Source: Lepidodermella squamata
Lineage: Eukaryota > Animalia > Gastrotricha
DNA: 64,000 nucleotides
Reading direction: 5' to 3'
Assembly (NCBI GenBank): GCA_047495785.1
Contig: JBLDXI010000021.1
Span: 1,364,001-1,428,000, forward strand
The position numbers and the translations under genes were made by a program. Positions 1 to 13,411 of the stretch are shown piece by piece. Below the pieces are notes generated by a model that saw nothing but the letters and a program-made list of their open reading frames with translations, did no database searches and was not told the origin of the DNA. Each line of letters starts with the position of its first letter. Position 1 is the first letter of the stretch.

Positions 1-3000
1 TTATCTTCGACAACAATTGACTTTGTCCTACCTGTCGGTTACGAATTGAAACGTCGCGAATTCATGATTGAAGAGCGCAAAATGTTGACGATAACTAATG
101 TTGGCCCAATTCCGTTAAGGTGGCGAATGGACCTGGCCGCGATTCCCGATACAGGGATATTCAAATTTTTCCGGAGTAACGGCGTTCCATTTTTGACGCT
201 TGGCGATTCAGGGACAGGCTTCATTGAAGATTCGCTCGAACCACAACAATCTCAGGAAATTTTAATCATGTTCTGCCCTATTGCGGCAGGTGAATGAAAG
301 TACGATGTCCCGATTTACCTTAATGAGCGAGAGCGACCCTGCCAGTCGTTGCATCTCCACGGCTGCGTTCGTCAGCCGAAATTGTCATTCGACCCTGAGG
401 CTATCATCATGGCGCCGGTGCCGCTTCAAACGAGGGCCGAGGCGAAACTCCAGATTTTAGCTTATGACTACCAACAGCAGACACCAATTAATGTTGACGT
501 GCCGACGATAGAAAGCGAGGCTGGGCCTGTTTCGCCGATTACTGTTTTCCCCTCTGGAAATGTGATACGGCCGACTGCTGTTGACTCGGACGATGGCTTT
601 AATGAACCAACTTTGTTGTCGTTAATGATTCTCTTCCAACGCGACCGCCCGATAAGTTTCTCGACAAAATTGGCTGTTTATGACGCTGAAGGGCGCCGAT
701 TTTCTCTGCCGATTCCCGCAACTGCTGACAACTTTTGGCGACCAACTACGCTTTCTTGGCTGCGAATCAAGAGGGAGCTAAAACTGTTTGCGAAGAAGGT
801 ATTTTCTTTGAAAATTAAGGTTGAACAACTTTAACTTTGCTTTCCTTGCCAGGCATGCGGTTGAAAGGTACAAAATCTGCGAGCACTGAAACCGTCAACA
901 TGGGAGAGGCGATAATCCTTCGAGTTCGTTCACACAACTCTCAAGAAGTCACAGACCATCGACCCCAGCGAAGTGCCGCGAGTAGCGGTGGCGACTACGG
1001 CACAGTCGGAGGTAGGATGAGGCCCCAAGCACTGGCCACAACTCCATCGGCTTTTGACGTTACCATGTCAAGCTACGAACCGTCGAACGACTCCTCGTCT
1101 GATTAGACGCGAGACGGGGCTGTCAATCGTAATTTAGCATCAATGCAGTCTGAAGTCCCACTGCTAACCCAGCCCGTGAGAGGGCTTTGGTCACGGCTGG
1201 TCAACTACGCCTTCAGCCCGACTGAGTACAAGCGCCGCTCAGCTACAAACACCCTGGAATCAGCGACAATCGCCGCTAATGCTCTAATTACCTTATTAGG
1301 CGATAAAGTCAGCTCATCTGAGCTGAATCAATTGCTGTCGACGGCGTCGCCAAATAAATTTCACGTCGATAAAACTGATTTGGAGCATTTCATCATACCT
1401 GATGATGTGCTGGTATGTACCAGGGCACCAGTTCGGGACGAAAACGAGTTCGATCCCCACCCATCTTGAACTTCCCATCACCTTCGTCGCCCAGACGCCC
1501 GGTGTTTACAATTGCGATATCTTGCTCGCCTCTTCCACCGACTACCGCCTACTACGCCTTTCTGTCTCCGTCACACCGCCTGGTCAACAGGCTGATATTT
1601 TGTTCCGAAGCTCCGTCGGCCAGGTTGTCAATCAGTTGATTCCGATATCGAACCCGACCAACTTCCCGTGGTCGCTCAGGGCCACGATTATCGGCGACGG
1701 CTTCAGCGCGCCGAGCCGTCTTCAAGTGCCGGCGCTTCAGGTTGCCAACTTCCCGCTGACTTTCCACCCGACTAAGCCGGGTGAAAGCGCCGGCGAACTG
1801 GGTTTGACTTCAGACGATACTTCGGTTAACGTCAGATTCTCATTCCTGGTTAACGGCGTTGGTGAAGACCCACCGGCTCGGGATGCTGTCGTCATAGATT
1901 GCCAAGCAAATCAAGTGTAAGTTGAAAAAAGTTAGAATCTGCATATCTTATTTTTTTATTTCAGGATTGAACATACGGTAATCGTGACGAATCCAACACC
2001 CCGCAAACTGACTTTCAAGGTCTCTTGCGACATCGACTGCGTTGTAGGCCCTTCGCTTCTCAGCATTTTGCCGAATCACTCGAGACCGTACACGTTTTCT
2101 TGCCGACCGCTGAGTCGCGGCGTGATAAAAGGAGCGCTGGTTTTCGAGGCGCGATCGGACGTCCTCCTACCCACATATGATAGCGACGGCGATGAAATTC
2201 CGGATCCGTATTCTCACGAGGCCATTGACTACGACGGCTTCAGAGTTTGGTTTGACATGAAAATCCGAGTCTCGCCGCCCCTGCCAGTTCAACACCTTGA
2301 TATCACCGCATTTTGCCTGGTTTGTTTTGAAAATCCTCCTTAAAATCGTGAATTTTATTGTTTTTCACTAACAGCAAAGTTCAGTGTTGGAAATTGCCAT
2401 TCGGAACCCTACTACGGAACATTTGACAGCGGCTGTTGAAGGGGATCATCACCTTTCCGGCGTGAGCTCACTCGAGATCGAGCCGCTCCAAACCGCTGTT
2501 TACGAGGTTGTTTATCGCCCGCGACGTGTTGGCCAGTCACGTGGAACCGTCACGCTCTACAGCCCACTTTGTGGCGAATTCTGGTACGACCTGACCAGTG
2601 TAACACCCCTACCAGTCAAACTGCAGTCGATGACTTGCCAACTTGGCCGGTGGACGTCACAGGTCATAACGCTTGAAAACCCAATTTCAGAGTCGATTGC
2701 CTTCACTACACGTCTGACGAATACCCTCAATTTCCGAGTCGACGTAGATCCAACGAGGCCTCTTATCGTCAAGCCGAAAAAATCGGTTGATGTCACGTTG
2801 ACATTTATACCTTCCGCCCTGGGAGTGGGTGAAGAGGGTCAAAACTGCACTCTCACGTTCAGTTGCCAGCAATTTTGGCGAATTGGTCTACAATGTAGTG
2901 GGTGGAGGAACTTTGCCCGAGGTTCAAGAGCCTGTTCTACTGATCTCGGAAGTCGGCGCAGCTGCTACAGTGAACATCCCATGGAAGAATCCGTTCGATC

Positions 3001-4255
3001 ATCCTGTCAATCTCGATAACATTGATTGGTAAAATTTAAAAAATTTACTTGAATAGCTGTAGAAATAATTTTGAATTAAACGAATTAAAGAACAAGTACC
3101 AGCGAATGAGATCGCTTGTAAGTTTGGTCTCGTCATTCACCCGGGAAAAATCACGATAATTTCATTTCACGCCCATCTGAAATCACAATCCTTTAATTTA
3201 TCGTTTAAAGTATATGCAAACAAAATTTTGCAGATCTGGATGAGGAAAAAGCGCGAATTTATGGGAAAATTCATAGCACTAATAAGGAAGCGGCTAGTCG
3301 GCTGGCTGCTTCTGGCGTTGTTCCTTCGTCGGAAGATAACAACCGAGCCGGAGCGGTTTCCACCTCAATGATATTAGCAGATGGAGCTTTCAGGGTTCTT
3401 TCTAGACCTATAACTGGCGCGTTTGTTTCGCAACGGGTTGCACATTCCATCACCGTTGCTTTCACACCAGTCGTTCGGCGAGTTCATGAAGCTACGTTGG
3501 TTGTGAAGGTGAAACGAGCTGATGGCCAGCCGTGGAGAATTCCTCCGAATGTTTCACCCTACGGAACTAGCGAGCTGCAAGATTTGTCATGGCTGTTCCC
3601 GCTGAATGGTCTGCCAGACCTTGGCGAACCGGACTGGAGAAAGGCGACGATAATTCGAGGGACTGTGGGCATGCCCCTGGCTTGCCGACTTGAGGCTGCG
3701 TTATCTGGTGTCGCCACTGGCCGGGGTCAGCCTGTGACGATGGGATTGTGGCTAGAATCAGATCGCAGCGAAAATTTGGCGCTCACAGAGGGTAGCAGAG
3801 GGTTACCGCAGACGAGTTCAGCTTCAACCTGCTGTATCGAGACCCTGGATCAACAGCGCTACTGAGCCGAATTGTCTCTCTGAAACTAATCAACCAGTTG
3901 CAAGATCGGTTGACTGGTTTAGTCGTGCTACGTTTTGAGATTGATTTTATCGCGGAGAATACTTATACTCACCGGGCTGAGCTTTTGATCCATTCGTCCG
4001 GAGGCGGAATGTGGAAATTCCCGCTAACGATTGCAGCTGATTACCCGCAATCTATCGAAAAAATTAGTCTGCCAACCTTGGGAAGTGGCTTGGAGTCCGC
4101 GGCAACCATCGTTTTGTCAAACGTTTATGAAAAGTATTTTTCACTTATTCGATGAGATTTAACACCTGAGAAATTGCCTGTTTAGCAACACGATTCCTTT
4201 CACGGTCAAATTCGAGCCTCTTGATCCGTCGTTTTCTGTTCATCCAGAATCTGGG
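1..4255 (+). pseudogene. CFAP47: CFAP47-like ciliary protein gene (tandem ASH/Ig-like domains), 3' part, with several disablements
   Basis: ORF pieces resemble recalled CFAP47 motifs (LSFDPEAIIMAPVPL, FSLPIPATADN, GEFWYDL, GGMWKFPL) and are separated by short GT-AG introns. In-frame stops at 295-297 (TGA), 1104-1106 (TAG) and 3863-3865 (TGA). Frameshifts near 735, 1460, 2875 and 3880. Confidence 0.7.
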
Positions 4256-5238
4256 TAAGTTGGATTTTGATTTCGTTGGATCCGGTTATGTTGGATCTTT
4301 TATTCAGATTGCTGGGATCCAGTTGAGTCCTATAAAAGGCGCCTGTTTATGCAAAAAGTGGACAAAAAAGCCTTCGTCGTCTTTGCCAAAAATTGCTGAT
4401 GGGAAATCACAACAGTTTTGATCATCTCATTATTTTAAATTCAACTTAATTTCTGCTAATTTTATTCACATGATTTATCGGCTTGTGATAACAAAATCAT
4501 TGTTTTTCCCAATAAAACGTTACCTGTAGTTTTGAGAATGAGATGATTGACTCCATTCTCAATTTTCATTACCGCGCCGCAGAAATAAGTTTTAGGCAGG
4601 TATCTCCATTTGAGATATGTGCGATTTCGGGCATAGTGAATGTCATTTAGTAGTGATTGCGCGCATGTTTTATGTGCTATGTTGTGCAGCGCCAAGCGAA
4701 AAATCAATACTTGCGTAATAATGAGGCGCCGTTTATTCGGGCGCGTGTGTTCGCGAGCGAATTTCTTTGTAACTCGCGGTTATTATTGATAATTCTTGGA
4801 TAACTCAGCTAAAAACTGGTCAACAATAGAAACAAGTATTGCAACAGACCAATATTAAAACGGCGAATGCAGTGGACGCTTGATTGGGAAAATTTCACTG
4901 AGGAGAAACAATAATATTTACAAAATACATAAAGAGCGCCAATGTGGTTAACCTCAGGTAAATTGATATTTGTCTGATTTTGTTGCGCCAATGCCTACTA
5001 CATTTTATTCCCGTATTAAGTAAACTTTTGAGAATGACACAAGAAATCACGGTTCTACCAAATGTGTGGTAAGACCTGAAAGTACCGAAAATTTCACGTC
5101 GGCGAAGTAAGTTAATTCTTCTGCGAATTTTTTTTAGTTAAAAAGCTCAAACGGCTGTTTCCTTTAGGTAAAAGAATGATAATATGAGGTCCGACTTCTT
5201 TTAACGACCTAGGCAGACTCGTCAATTATATCCAATGG

Positions 5239-5578
5239 AAAATTACCAAACCATTTCCATCGGGTTATTTCGGATTATTTCCGGTTAATTTCGATTTTCC
5301 TTCGGTGCAGCGGTAGATTAGAGGCAAGACAGTATTTTCATATCTGTCATTCAAATAAAACTATCTCATTTTTTCGAAAAAAATAAAATATTTAGAACAT
5401 AACTTACTCACCCCGAATTTACCGATTTCTTTCAGTCGTGCAAACAATTCGAGTGTTATTCCCAAACAAATGCCATCAAAGGCCTTTTACATCAATTATC
5501 TAGGATTTCACGGAAGAAAAATATAAATTCCCCGAAAAACTCCCGAAAAAAACCCGATGGGAATGGTTCGGTAATTTT
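5239..5578. repeat. Inverted-repeat (foldback/MITE-like) remnant
   Basis: aaaattaccaaaccatttccatcgggtt (5239-5266) pairs with aacccgatgggaatggttcggtaatttt (5551-5578) with 2 mismatches. Confidence 0.55.
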
Positions 5579-6419
5579 TGGTAATTTGCTTTATTCGACC
5601 GGATTTTAGCTGTTTTTCGTTCTGCTCGACAACGATAGTTCATTAGCATTCCCATGACAGTGAGAATACCCTAATCCCATAAGATTAGTAAGTATCGCTG
5701 GATCTTGGCTTTTTCATAAACCCGAAATACGGATCAGTCTTTCCGTCCGCTCACTAGTCGTAAATTCGTCGGTGAAAATTTTTTGTTTTCAGCTCATAAG
5801 ATCAACTTGTAGTTTCTTTCAGTCATGGGGGTGATAATTTTAGGGGTGACCGAAACGTGGTCATTGGCAGACTCGCGAATTACTCAATAGAAAACCCGGT
5901 AATTTTTTACTGAAATACCGAAGGCAAACACGATGTAGTCAGCTGGCGAAATTGAATTTTTTTCGATAGAAAATGTGAGCTTTCCTATTCCTCACAAATT
6001 AATAATGTTTCAGCTTTGAAAAAGGGAGCCGGAAGGATCAGGATCATGCCAATAAACCACGTGGCAGAAATAACCCGAAATAATTGTTCGGTTGTCTGAT
6101 TCAATGCCTACCATCCACAATCCACATATTGTCACGGGAACGATGCGTCAAACTGGGCAAAAACAATAAGTAATATCGATTAGTTAAAAGTCATGAAGAA
6201 ATTTGTGTTTACCACCGGCAGGGTACCTAATAAGGGTAATCAGGCAAACAACTTCGGGTTTCAAAAGGGTTTGGCGATGACTAGTAGTTCGGTTACTGTT
6301 GTTATAGCAAAAATTACACTTTTCGCTGACTTGTTGTACAGAAAATTGTAACAACTTTTGATGAAGAGAAAATGCTGATTATAGAACAGTCTGAGTAAAA
6401 AGATTAGCGCGTACAGTCG

Positions 6420-7120
6420 AACTTTTTTATTTCTCGAAGACGACGTTTCGGCACAAGCGGGTGCCATCATCAGGTCATATATAAGGAAACAAAAATCTAA
6501 ACAAAGATAGTATAGTTAAAGGCTACAACAATGAGATAGGGTTAATCAGTGTAAAGGCTACAACAAGGAAAACGACTAGATAAATAGTTTAGCTTTGATA
6601 GAGTCCTTTTGCTTATTCAGGTTAGGCTTAATGGATTTGATGAAAAGCATCTCGAATAGTAGGCATGCCCATTTGGTGCGACACTTTTTGAGGATGGTGA
6701 AGTTTTTGTGCAAGGTGGAAACATCTGCTCCATGACTCTTGACGTGCTCATTGAGAGGGCCTTTCTTCATGTGCTCATCAATGCGTACGTGTAGATGTCG
6801 GCCAGTACAGCCAACATAAACAGCATCACACTGTTTACATTTGAATTGGTACACTACGCACTGCGAGTTGATGATGGGTAGCTTTTGCTCCTTCGGCCCG
6901 AAATAGTCCGCAATTTTCTTGCTCGTGAAGACCGCCTGGACGTTGGTGTTCGCTTTGTTGTTCAGGTCGTGCAGCTGTCGTCGGACAACTTGGGTTCCTT
7001 TTTCGTCTTTGAACGGAAGCACAATTCGAACCGGCGCGTCCGGCTTCTCGGTTTTCATTGTGTGAGGCGATTGCTTCTCAGAGAGAAATCTGTCGATGGT
7101 CGAATCCATTCGCATCCGAT
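6420..7120 (-). mobile_element. 5'-truncated Penelope-like retroelement (GIY-YIG endonuclease end plus 3' UTR)
   Basis: ORF 6576-7115 contains CVVYQFKCKQCDAVYVGCTGRHLHVRIDEH ... LFEMLFIKSIKPNLNKQ, the PLE GIY-YIG pattern. It is followed by the hammerhead and a polyA signal. Confidence 0.9.
6439..6476 (-). ncRNA. Minimal type I hammerhead ribozyme of a Penelope-like element
   Basis: Minus strand reads gac-CUGAUGA-u-ggcac-ccgcuu-gugcc-GAAA-cg-UC-guc. Core, helix I (gac/guc), helix II (ggcac/gugcc) and palindromic ACGU helix III are all present. It lies downstream of a GIY-YIG ORF and just before AATAAA (6426-6431). Confidence 0.85.
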
Positions 7121-8239
7121 GCCGAGCCCTATCTGCTACAACGCCTACCAGAATGCGTACTACGCAAAAACGCTTCAGACAATTTCTCCGTTATCATGGC
7201 TAGATTCTAAAAATCAACCAATTTTATCCTCTTCCTCCTTATTTCATTCTCAAGTTCATTCTCAAGTGATACTTTTCTGTCTCTCCGTGTAGTCTTGTTG
7301 AACCATGACCATCACCACTTGTTGAAACATGACCAGAGTCTGCGTTCGAACGGGCATACTTTTTATTGATTTTTTATTATTCCCGGAGCAACGCTTCATG
7401 CAACCCATGCAGTTATCATCACGAAAAATGCATATTATGGAATTATTACTAGATGAGCCAATTTTTCTACTATTCAGCCCCTAAATCCTGAAAATGCCAA
7501 GAAAGCTCCTATTACACTATTATTTATAATCTATTTCCTTCTCCATTATCTTGCCGATATCCTTCGATATCCGCTCTTAAGTTTTATTACATGAAAAGCG
7601 ATGACATATATTTTTCTGTGCCGATCACAGAATCAATCGCCTTTCATGTTTTATCACCCCTTTATGAGCCGTTGAGCTGTTGCACCAAACTGACCTACAA
7701 CCTTGCGCGAAGCTGGCGGACTCGCTTGAAGTAGATTCGCAGCCGCATGAGGTCAATAGTAGAATCGCACGAAATTTACGAAGCTGGTAGCATTCGAGAA
7801 TTGCTAGGAAGGAAAATATTTTTTTGTTTTCCTTATTCGGCATGTACAGTTCATAAATTTAAAATCAAAGCAAGACCAACATAGAAATACATGACAAACA
7901 AGGCGCCGGAACAACGGGGACTCGCGCTTGGCTTACTCTATACTATTGGGGAGGCGAATGGACGTAAGGTTTATCGGTCACGGTGAATGCGAAGAAGAAT
8001 GCTAGCGTTAGATGAGGTGAGAAGACAGAAATCACCGCCACTTTCGAATGAGTGCAGGGCGAACTGGCTACCCAAACACATTGTGGAGAGCTAGATGACT
8101 TGCATCCCTCCATCCTAAGAAAAATAGCGGATGGTCTTGGTATAATGTCATCTGGTTAGCGATTTAGCGATGACTGATGATTAGCAATAAACAACGATTC
8201 CGCCGTATTCCAGTAATGCTTGACATGCAACTACTAAAC

Positions 8240-9190
8240 GTCTACTAAAGAAGCTGAAAAACTTCAAAGCGCCGGGTCACGACAATGTGTCTAACGTGCT
8301 GTTGAAAAACGGCGGCCGGATTCTGAATTCTCATTTAAAACGACTCTTCGAACTCAGTCTGAACTGCGGTTATCTGCCAAAGGCATGGAAAATTGCCATA
8401 GTCGTCCCTCAAGGCTCGCCTCTGAGTCCTTTGCTCTTCATTTGTTTACACAGCCGACATGGAGCCCCGTGAAGTTAAACCCGACGACGGTAAGCGTCGC
8501 GTTGCAAACGGCACCAACGCAGACGACGCCCTCAACTGGGCGTACGGCAAGTCGCTTTTAGATTGCTCTCGGCGACTGCAGCTTCAACTCGATAACACTG
8601 TCAGTTGGTGCGTGCGTTGGCGCTTAATACTGCACCCTGAAAAATGCGAAACAATGATTTTTGGTTTTTATAATTCTCTACCTTCGATCCATATCAGGTT
8701 AGGTCCACGAAAGATTAAGCAGGTGCAACAGCTCAAATATCTTGGTCTTCACCTAACCCCGCGCCTGAGTTGGGACAACCAATTTTCAGCAATTTCGGCT
8801 AAAACCAGGCCGAGAGCTGGCATGCTAAGGGGCATTATGGCTCGGAAAGTCTTACCACCCAAGCTCGGAATCATGTTTCACAATGCGCTATCTCAAAGCG
8901 TGATGACTTACAGCTCGCCGACATGGTCTTGCCTCCCTAAGTCTTCACGTGACCGGTTGTTTGAGATGCAAGCCAATAGCCTTCGCGCAGCCCTCGAACG
9001 TACGACGCGGACTCGTTTGGGGCACTTTACCTGTCGGATGTCAAGTCAATCGAAGACGTCTTCCACGATCGGCTTATTAGTTATGGGGAAAGGTGCCTCC
9101 GTTCAGGTGACGTGATGGCTGATTACTTAAGATACGTCTGGCAGCTGAGCTTTGACGACTTCGGCCGAAATGTCATGCAGCAGCATTCGC
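8240..9190 (+). mobile_element. Degenerate non-LTR retrotransposon (LINE, Jockey/I-like) reverse transcriptase fragment
   Basis: Motifs KAPGHDNV, LPKAWKIAIVVP, PQGSPLSPLLF, ADD, KYLGLHL, with frameshifts and an internal deletion. Confidence 0.85.
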
Positions 9191-12050
9191 CAGCTTGGAA
9201 CATTCGTCACTTAGCTCAGGTAAAAACAACGCCTTGCACACAACGCCTTGGTATGTTCGCTTGAGACAAGAAACAGACGAGAAGCGCTCAACCGCCTCGC
9301 AATGGTCGGGTGAGAGCGTCGTCTCGCAATGCCCGATTTCTAAAATATTTTTGGAATCTTATTTCACTCAAAAATAATTCATAATCCTTTATCTGAGGGC
9401 AGATGAAATAGACCCAAAATGTGCATCCTATTACCTGCTGTAGTGCATCCTATTAAATTTTAAATTCTGCTTTGTTGATAGATTATTTTACTTCAACATT
9501 TACTCGAAGTCGCCTCTTTAGTTATAGCTGATTGGATATTGGATACTGATTGGGAATCGGAAATGGAAAATTGGCGAAATTCTGGCAAAAGATCGCTGCT
9601 ATACTATTGCTGAGTGCTGGCTATTTCGATAATATATTCAACCTGTTATCGCCATTTTTGTTGAAAAAATGTGATGAATTATTCTCTTGCTTTACTTGCT
9701 TTGTTCATTTTCGATTTATTTCGGTGCGTTGAAAATAAAGGTGTACGGTAACGGGTCACGGCAGCAGTCGAGCAGGTCTAGCCCTACACTGGGGTTTCAG
9801 GGCTACAACGTCCTTGTGGCAGGGCCAGAATTCATGGCTCCTGAGCCTGATCAGGTTGCTGAACCTTCAACGGGGCTACTATGAAAGGGCCAGAGAGAAG
9901 GGCTGGTCTAGGGCTACTATGCTGGGCCTATCAATCTCGGGTCATCATAGACCTGAATCACAAAACTTAGCGAATCGGCGAGATAAGAATCAGAAACACG
10001 AAAACCCAGTCGAACGCCGGTGACATTGGTGGAGACGTAAGGGTGAGCTACTGGTCATATCAACGGTGTCACGATGATATCAACGCCAAATTTAAAAAAG
10101 TTCAAACTAATTTTTTTCCGGGTCCAGAAAATGGTGACTCCAAACTGGGGCGTGTCGATAGCGGGGATGCATTTTAAGATCTATTTGCATAATTTCAAAA
10201 GATCCACCTTAATGGTAATTTTTACAACATTTGAATGATGCATGTTCGAATTTTGCACTTTTCTCCTAATTTGGAAGAAGAAATTCTTAGTCTTTACGAT
10301 CATCTATTTGTCGTGGGTTAGGCGCCTAAAATAGAAACAAATGGCGAAAACCTATGCATCTTTGCTTCTGCGCCAAGTCAGTCGCGTGCCAAATCGCTGA
10401 AAAAAACTAAACGACAGATTTTCTTCTCAAAAAAAGCATGAAGCCATTTGCTTTTATTTCTGGCAACCCACCCAACGACTAATTATAGCCTCCTTTCAAC
10501 CTTCTTTATCTCAATCGGGTTTTAAATTACAACTATGGGTTGAAAAATCGTTATAGGATGGGTTGAAAAATTCGTAGGCTTCACACGTCATTTGTTCATT
10601 TAAATCTGCCATGCCTTCAGCAAATTCTTTACTTCTTATTGTAAAAACTGCCACGTCTGGCGAGGGTCGTTATGTGCCACGGCCTTTACGCATTTTTTGG
10701 GTCGGCGGTGCGCATTATTAGGGGGTAATAAAAACATTTGCACGCGCGCACTTGCAAGACACGTTGCTCATTATTACTTCATTCGCTTGTCGTCGACATT
10801 CTTTCATAACATTCAAAAATTACGTTCGCTAGCCAGAAAGCTTTACGTTATTATTTTCCCTATTTTTGCGTTGCCTATGGCGATTGATTAATTTCTGATG
10901 TCTATTTTCAGAATTGTTTTGTGAGTTCATTTAAATTGGCCATTAATAAGATGTGCATGCCGAGGCGCATTAAGAATTCTCTTGGTAATTTCTCCGAAGT
11001 TTAAACCGTCGCATCTTGACTTAGTTTTAGCAGGAAACCCAGCGAATTTTGAGCCGTTTCAAGTTCCGATTACACTACGTCTTTCGCTCTGGTAAGCAGA
11101 GTTGTACTCAAGTTACGAGTTTTTCCTTGCTACTTTTCTTGCCATTCGAAGGTTGAGCGAACTTGGCATTCGATTGGCATTCGATTGTAAGCTTTGAGCT
11201 TTTAATTTTTGTAGTTGACCTATTTTTTGCTTTCAGATGATGCATGTGATTCATTTCCGAGGATCGGCTGGCAAGGCTTGAAAATCGTTGACGCCCCATC
11301 GTGTTTTTGACCGGAACTATGGGAAAGAAGCTGTTGGGCTGGCAAGGCCTCTTCTCATGGTAAGCTATTATCTCATCTGAACGGTTCAATCGACTCGTTC
11401 AACAACTGTTTCATTGCTTTCCGATTTTTAATCAAAGCTTATTTTCCGGCCTAGGTTCCACAGTTATGGCTTTTGCCGAAGGAGGCGGCTTTGCCGCGAA
11501 GTTCGGATGAAGGTTCCTGGCAATGCCTTGTTGATTTGGTCTGGCTCTAATTGGCGATGGACTGGGCAGAGTTGTTGGTGAAATCAGAGCTGGCGATGAA
11601 TACGACCCTGTCAGTTGCGTTGGTTGCGACGGCGGACATGACGGCAACAACAACAACTTGAACCTGATGAGCTGAGCGAGTTCCGCGTTTTGGTCGTACG
11701 CGACTCGGTGGTGAAATGGTGAAAAAGCAAGGACAGTGACGATGAACAGAGCTACGATGGACAAAGAAAGAACAGAATCGAGGTCTAATCTTATCCTTCT
11801 CTATCTCTCTCACCTCTCAAAGTTATTATTTTGACTCGTTACTCGCGCTAATTTATGATCGCTAATCTTCTAATCTATCTAACTCTTGTGATTTGTGCCT
11901 TAATCTCTTATTTGTGACATTGCGACATTGCTCATGTCTGCAGTATTTCCGATCTAAATTTCCAAATAATCAATTTTTATTATGTTTCTCGTGCCTCTGT
12001 CTCTCGTTCACTAATTATGATTTGTTGTGCCTCAATAACTCGATATATAC

Positions 12051-12253
12051 TGTGACCGGCGGTCACTTGGCTGGCACGCGCCCGTCGCTGCACCCGTGCC
12101 AAGGGTCCACCTGTCGCATCCCGCCAACCCGGAGTCGCGTGCCCTCAGGTTATATAAACTGGCCCTATGTGGCCCTGAACGACAGTTATCTAGTTGCTAC
12201 GAATAAAGCTGTTTGGTTGCTATTTTGTGTTAGTTAAACCGGGGACCCTCACA
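12051..12253 (+). repeat. 5' LTR
   Basis: TGTGACC...CCTCACA, containing TATATAAA and AATAAA. Direct repeat of 18630-18832. Confidence 0.97.
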
Positions 12254-12254
12254 C

Positions 12255-12272
12255 TGGCACCGAGACCCGGAA
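12255..12272 (+). other. Primer binding site (tRNA identity unresolved)
   Basis: TGGCACCGAGACCCGGAA starts 1 nt after the 5' LTR; TGG complements the tRNA CCA end. Confidence 0.8.
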
Positions 12273-12343
12273 GTTGGCTGTAATCGTAGCAATTTTTTTT
12301 TCTCTTTACTTGGTTGATTAAGGTTGAAGGTTGATAAAGGTTG

Positions 12344-13411
12344 ATGGCTAGCTTTCAAGGAGCTACGCTGAAAACCCTGCCCACGGAGGATTCGACCATT
12401 CCTCAGGTTGGAAAATTCGTGCTTGGCAGGCAAACGCTCACGGATTTCTTAATTGAAGCCGAGAGTGTGTGGTTGGCGCGCAAGGTCCCGCCTTTGGCGT
12501 GGATAAATGCGCTAAGGTTGGCACTCCCTGGCCAGCTCATGCTGGACATGGACCGCATAATGGTTGACGTCGACCCTCGTACTGCGTCGTACGAGACGGT
12601 CAAAAGAGCGCTGATCAAGGCGGTCGACAAGCCACCCACGAAGGAAGAACTCATCACGAAGGCGGCGACAATCAAGCAAAAGCAGAAGCAGCCGGTTGAC
12701 GAACTGATCCGCGAGGTCAGGTTGTTTGGCGAGAAGTTGGTTGAACTAGATGTGCCGCAAGCGCAAGTCGACGGGCACATGGTCGAGACACTGCGCCGAG
12801 CGCTCGCATGCCAGCGCACGCAAGAGAAACTCGCCCGGAAGGTGGTCGCAGGCACTCTAACGTGGGAAGCCGCGTGTGAGATCGCCAGAAGCCAGGAGAA
12901 GGTCGCTGAGAGCATGTCAGAAGTCAACGCCAGGACGGCGAGGGACGAGGAGTTGGAGAAATTACGCAGCATGGTGACTGACCTGGGGTCGAAACTGCAA
13001 GCCCTGGCAGACATGAAGTCGAAGGACCAGGAGCTGATCGCGTTTCAAGACGTGAAGATCCAACAACTTAGCCAGCTCTTACACGTCGCGCAGCAAACGA
13101 GTCGCCAGCCAATCAATTCGAACGTGGGCGCTTGGGGCGGGCCAAGTCCCAGACCGCAGCCGGAAAGCGCCAACAGGCAGCCACCAAGCACGGCGCCGGG
13201 TAGACCGACAACAAGGAGCGCGAGCAACAACAAGCCGGTCTCGGCAACGCCAAGTCGCAATTTCACAGGTTGTTACGCCTGTCGATATCAAGGTCACGTC
13301 GCGCAATACTGCCCGACCACCAAGGAAGGAGCACCGATGGACTCGTGCTACGGTTGTGGGGAGCCTGGTCACGTTCGTCGTGACTGCCCCAAGCCGAACC
13401 AAAATTTGTGA
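12344..13411 (+). CDS. gag: Gag with two C-terminal CCHC zinc knuckles
   Basis: Open ORF with ATG at 12344, a coiled-coil-like middle, CYACRYQGHVAQYC and CYGCGEPGHVRRDC. Confidence 0.93.
   Translation: MASFQGATLKTLPTEDSTIPQVGKFVLGRQTLTDFLIEAESVWLARKVPPLAWINALRLALPGQLMLDMDRIMVDVDPRTASYETVKRALIKAVDKPPTKEELITKAATIKQKQKQPVDELIREVRLFGEKLVELDVPQAQVDGHMVETLRRALACQRTQEKLARKVVAGTLTWEAACEIARSQEKVAESMSEVNARTARDEELEKLRSMVTDLGSKLQALADMKSKDQELIAFQDVKIQQLSQLLHVAQQTSRQPINSNVGAWGGPSPRPQPESANRQPPSTAPGRPTTRSASNNKPVSATPSRNFTGCYACRYQGHVAQYCPTTKEGAPMDSCYGCGEPGHVRRDCPKPNQNL

Noticed and set aside
290-3870. Stop-codon reassignment or selenocysteine to explain in-frame TGA/TAG in CFAP47
   Set aside because: Frameshifts co-occur, and intact genes in the window terminate with TGA, TAG and TAA normally.
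11030-11830. Gene or LINE ORF1 upstream of the LTR
   Set aside because: Splice-like signals exist, but every frame is interrupted and no motif is recognisable.
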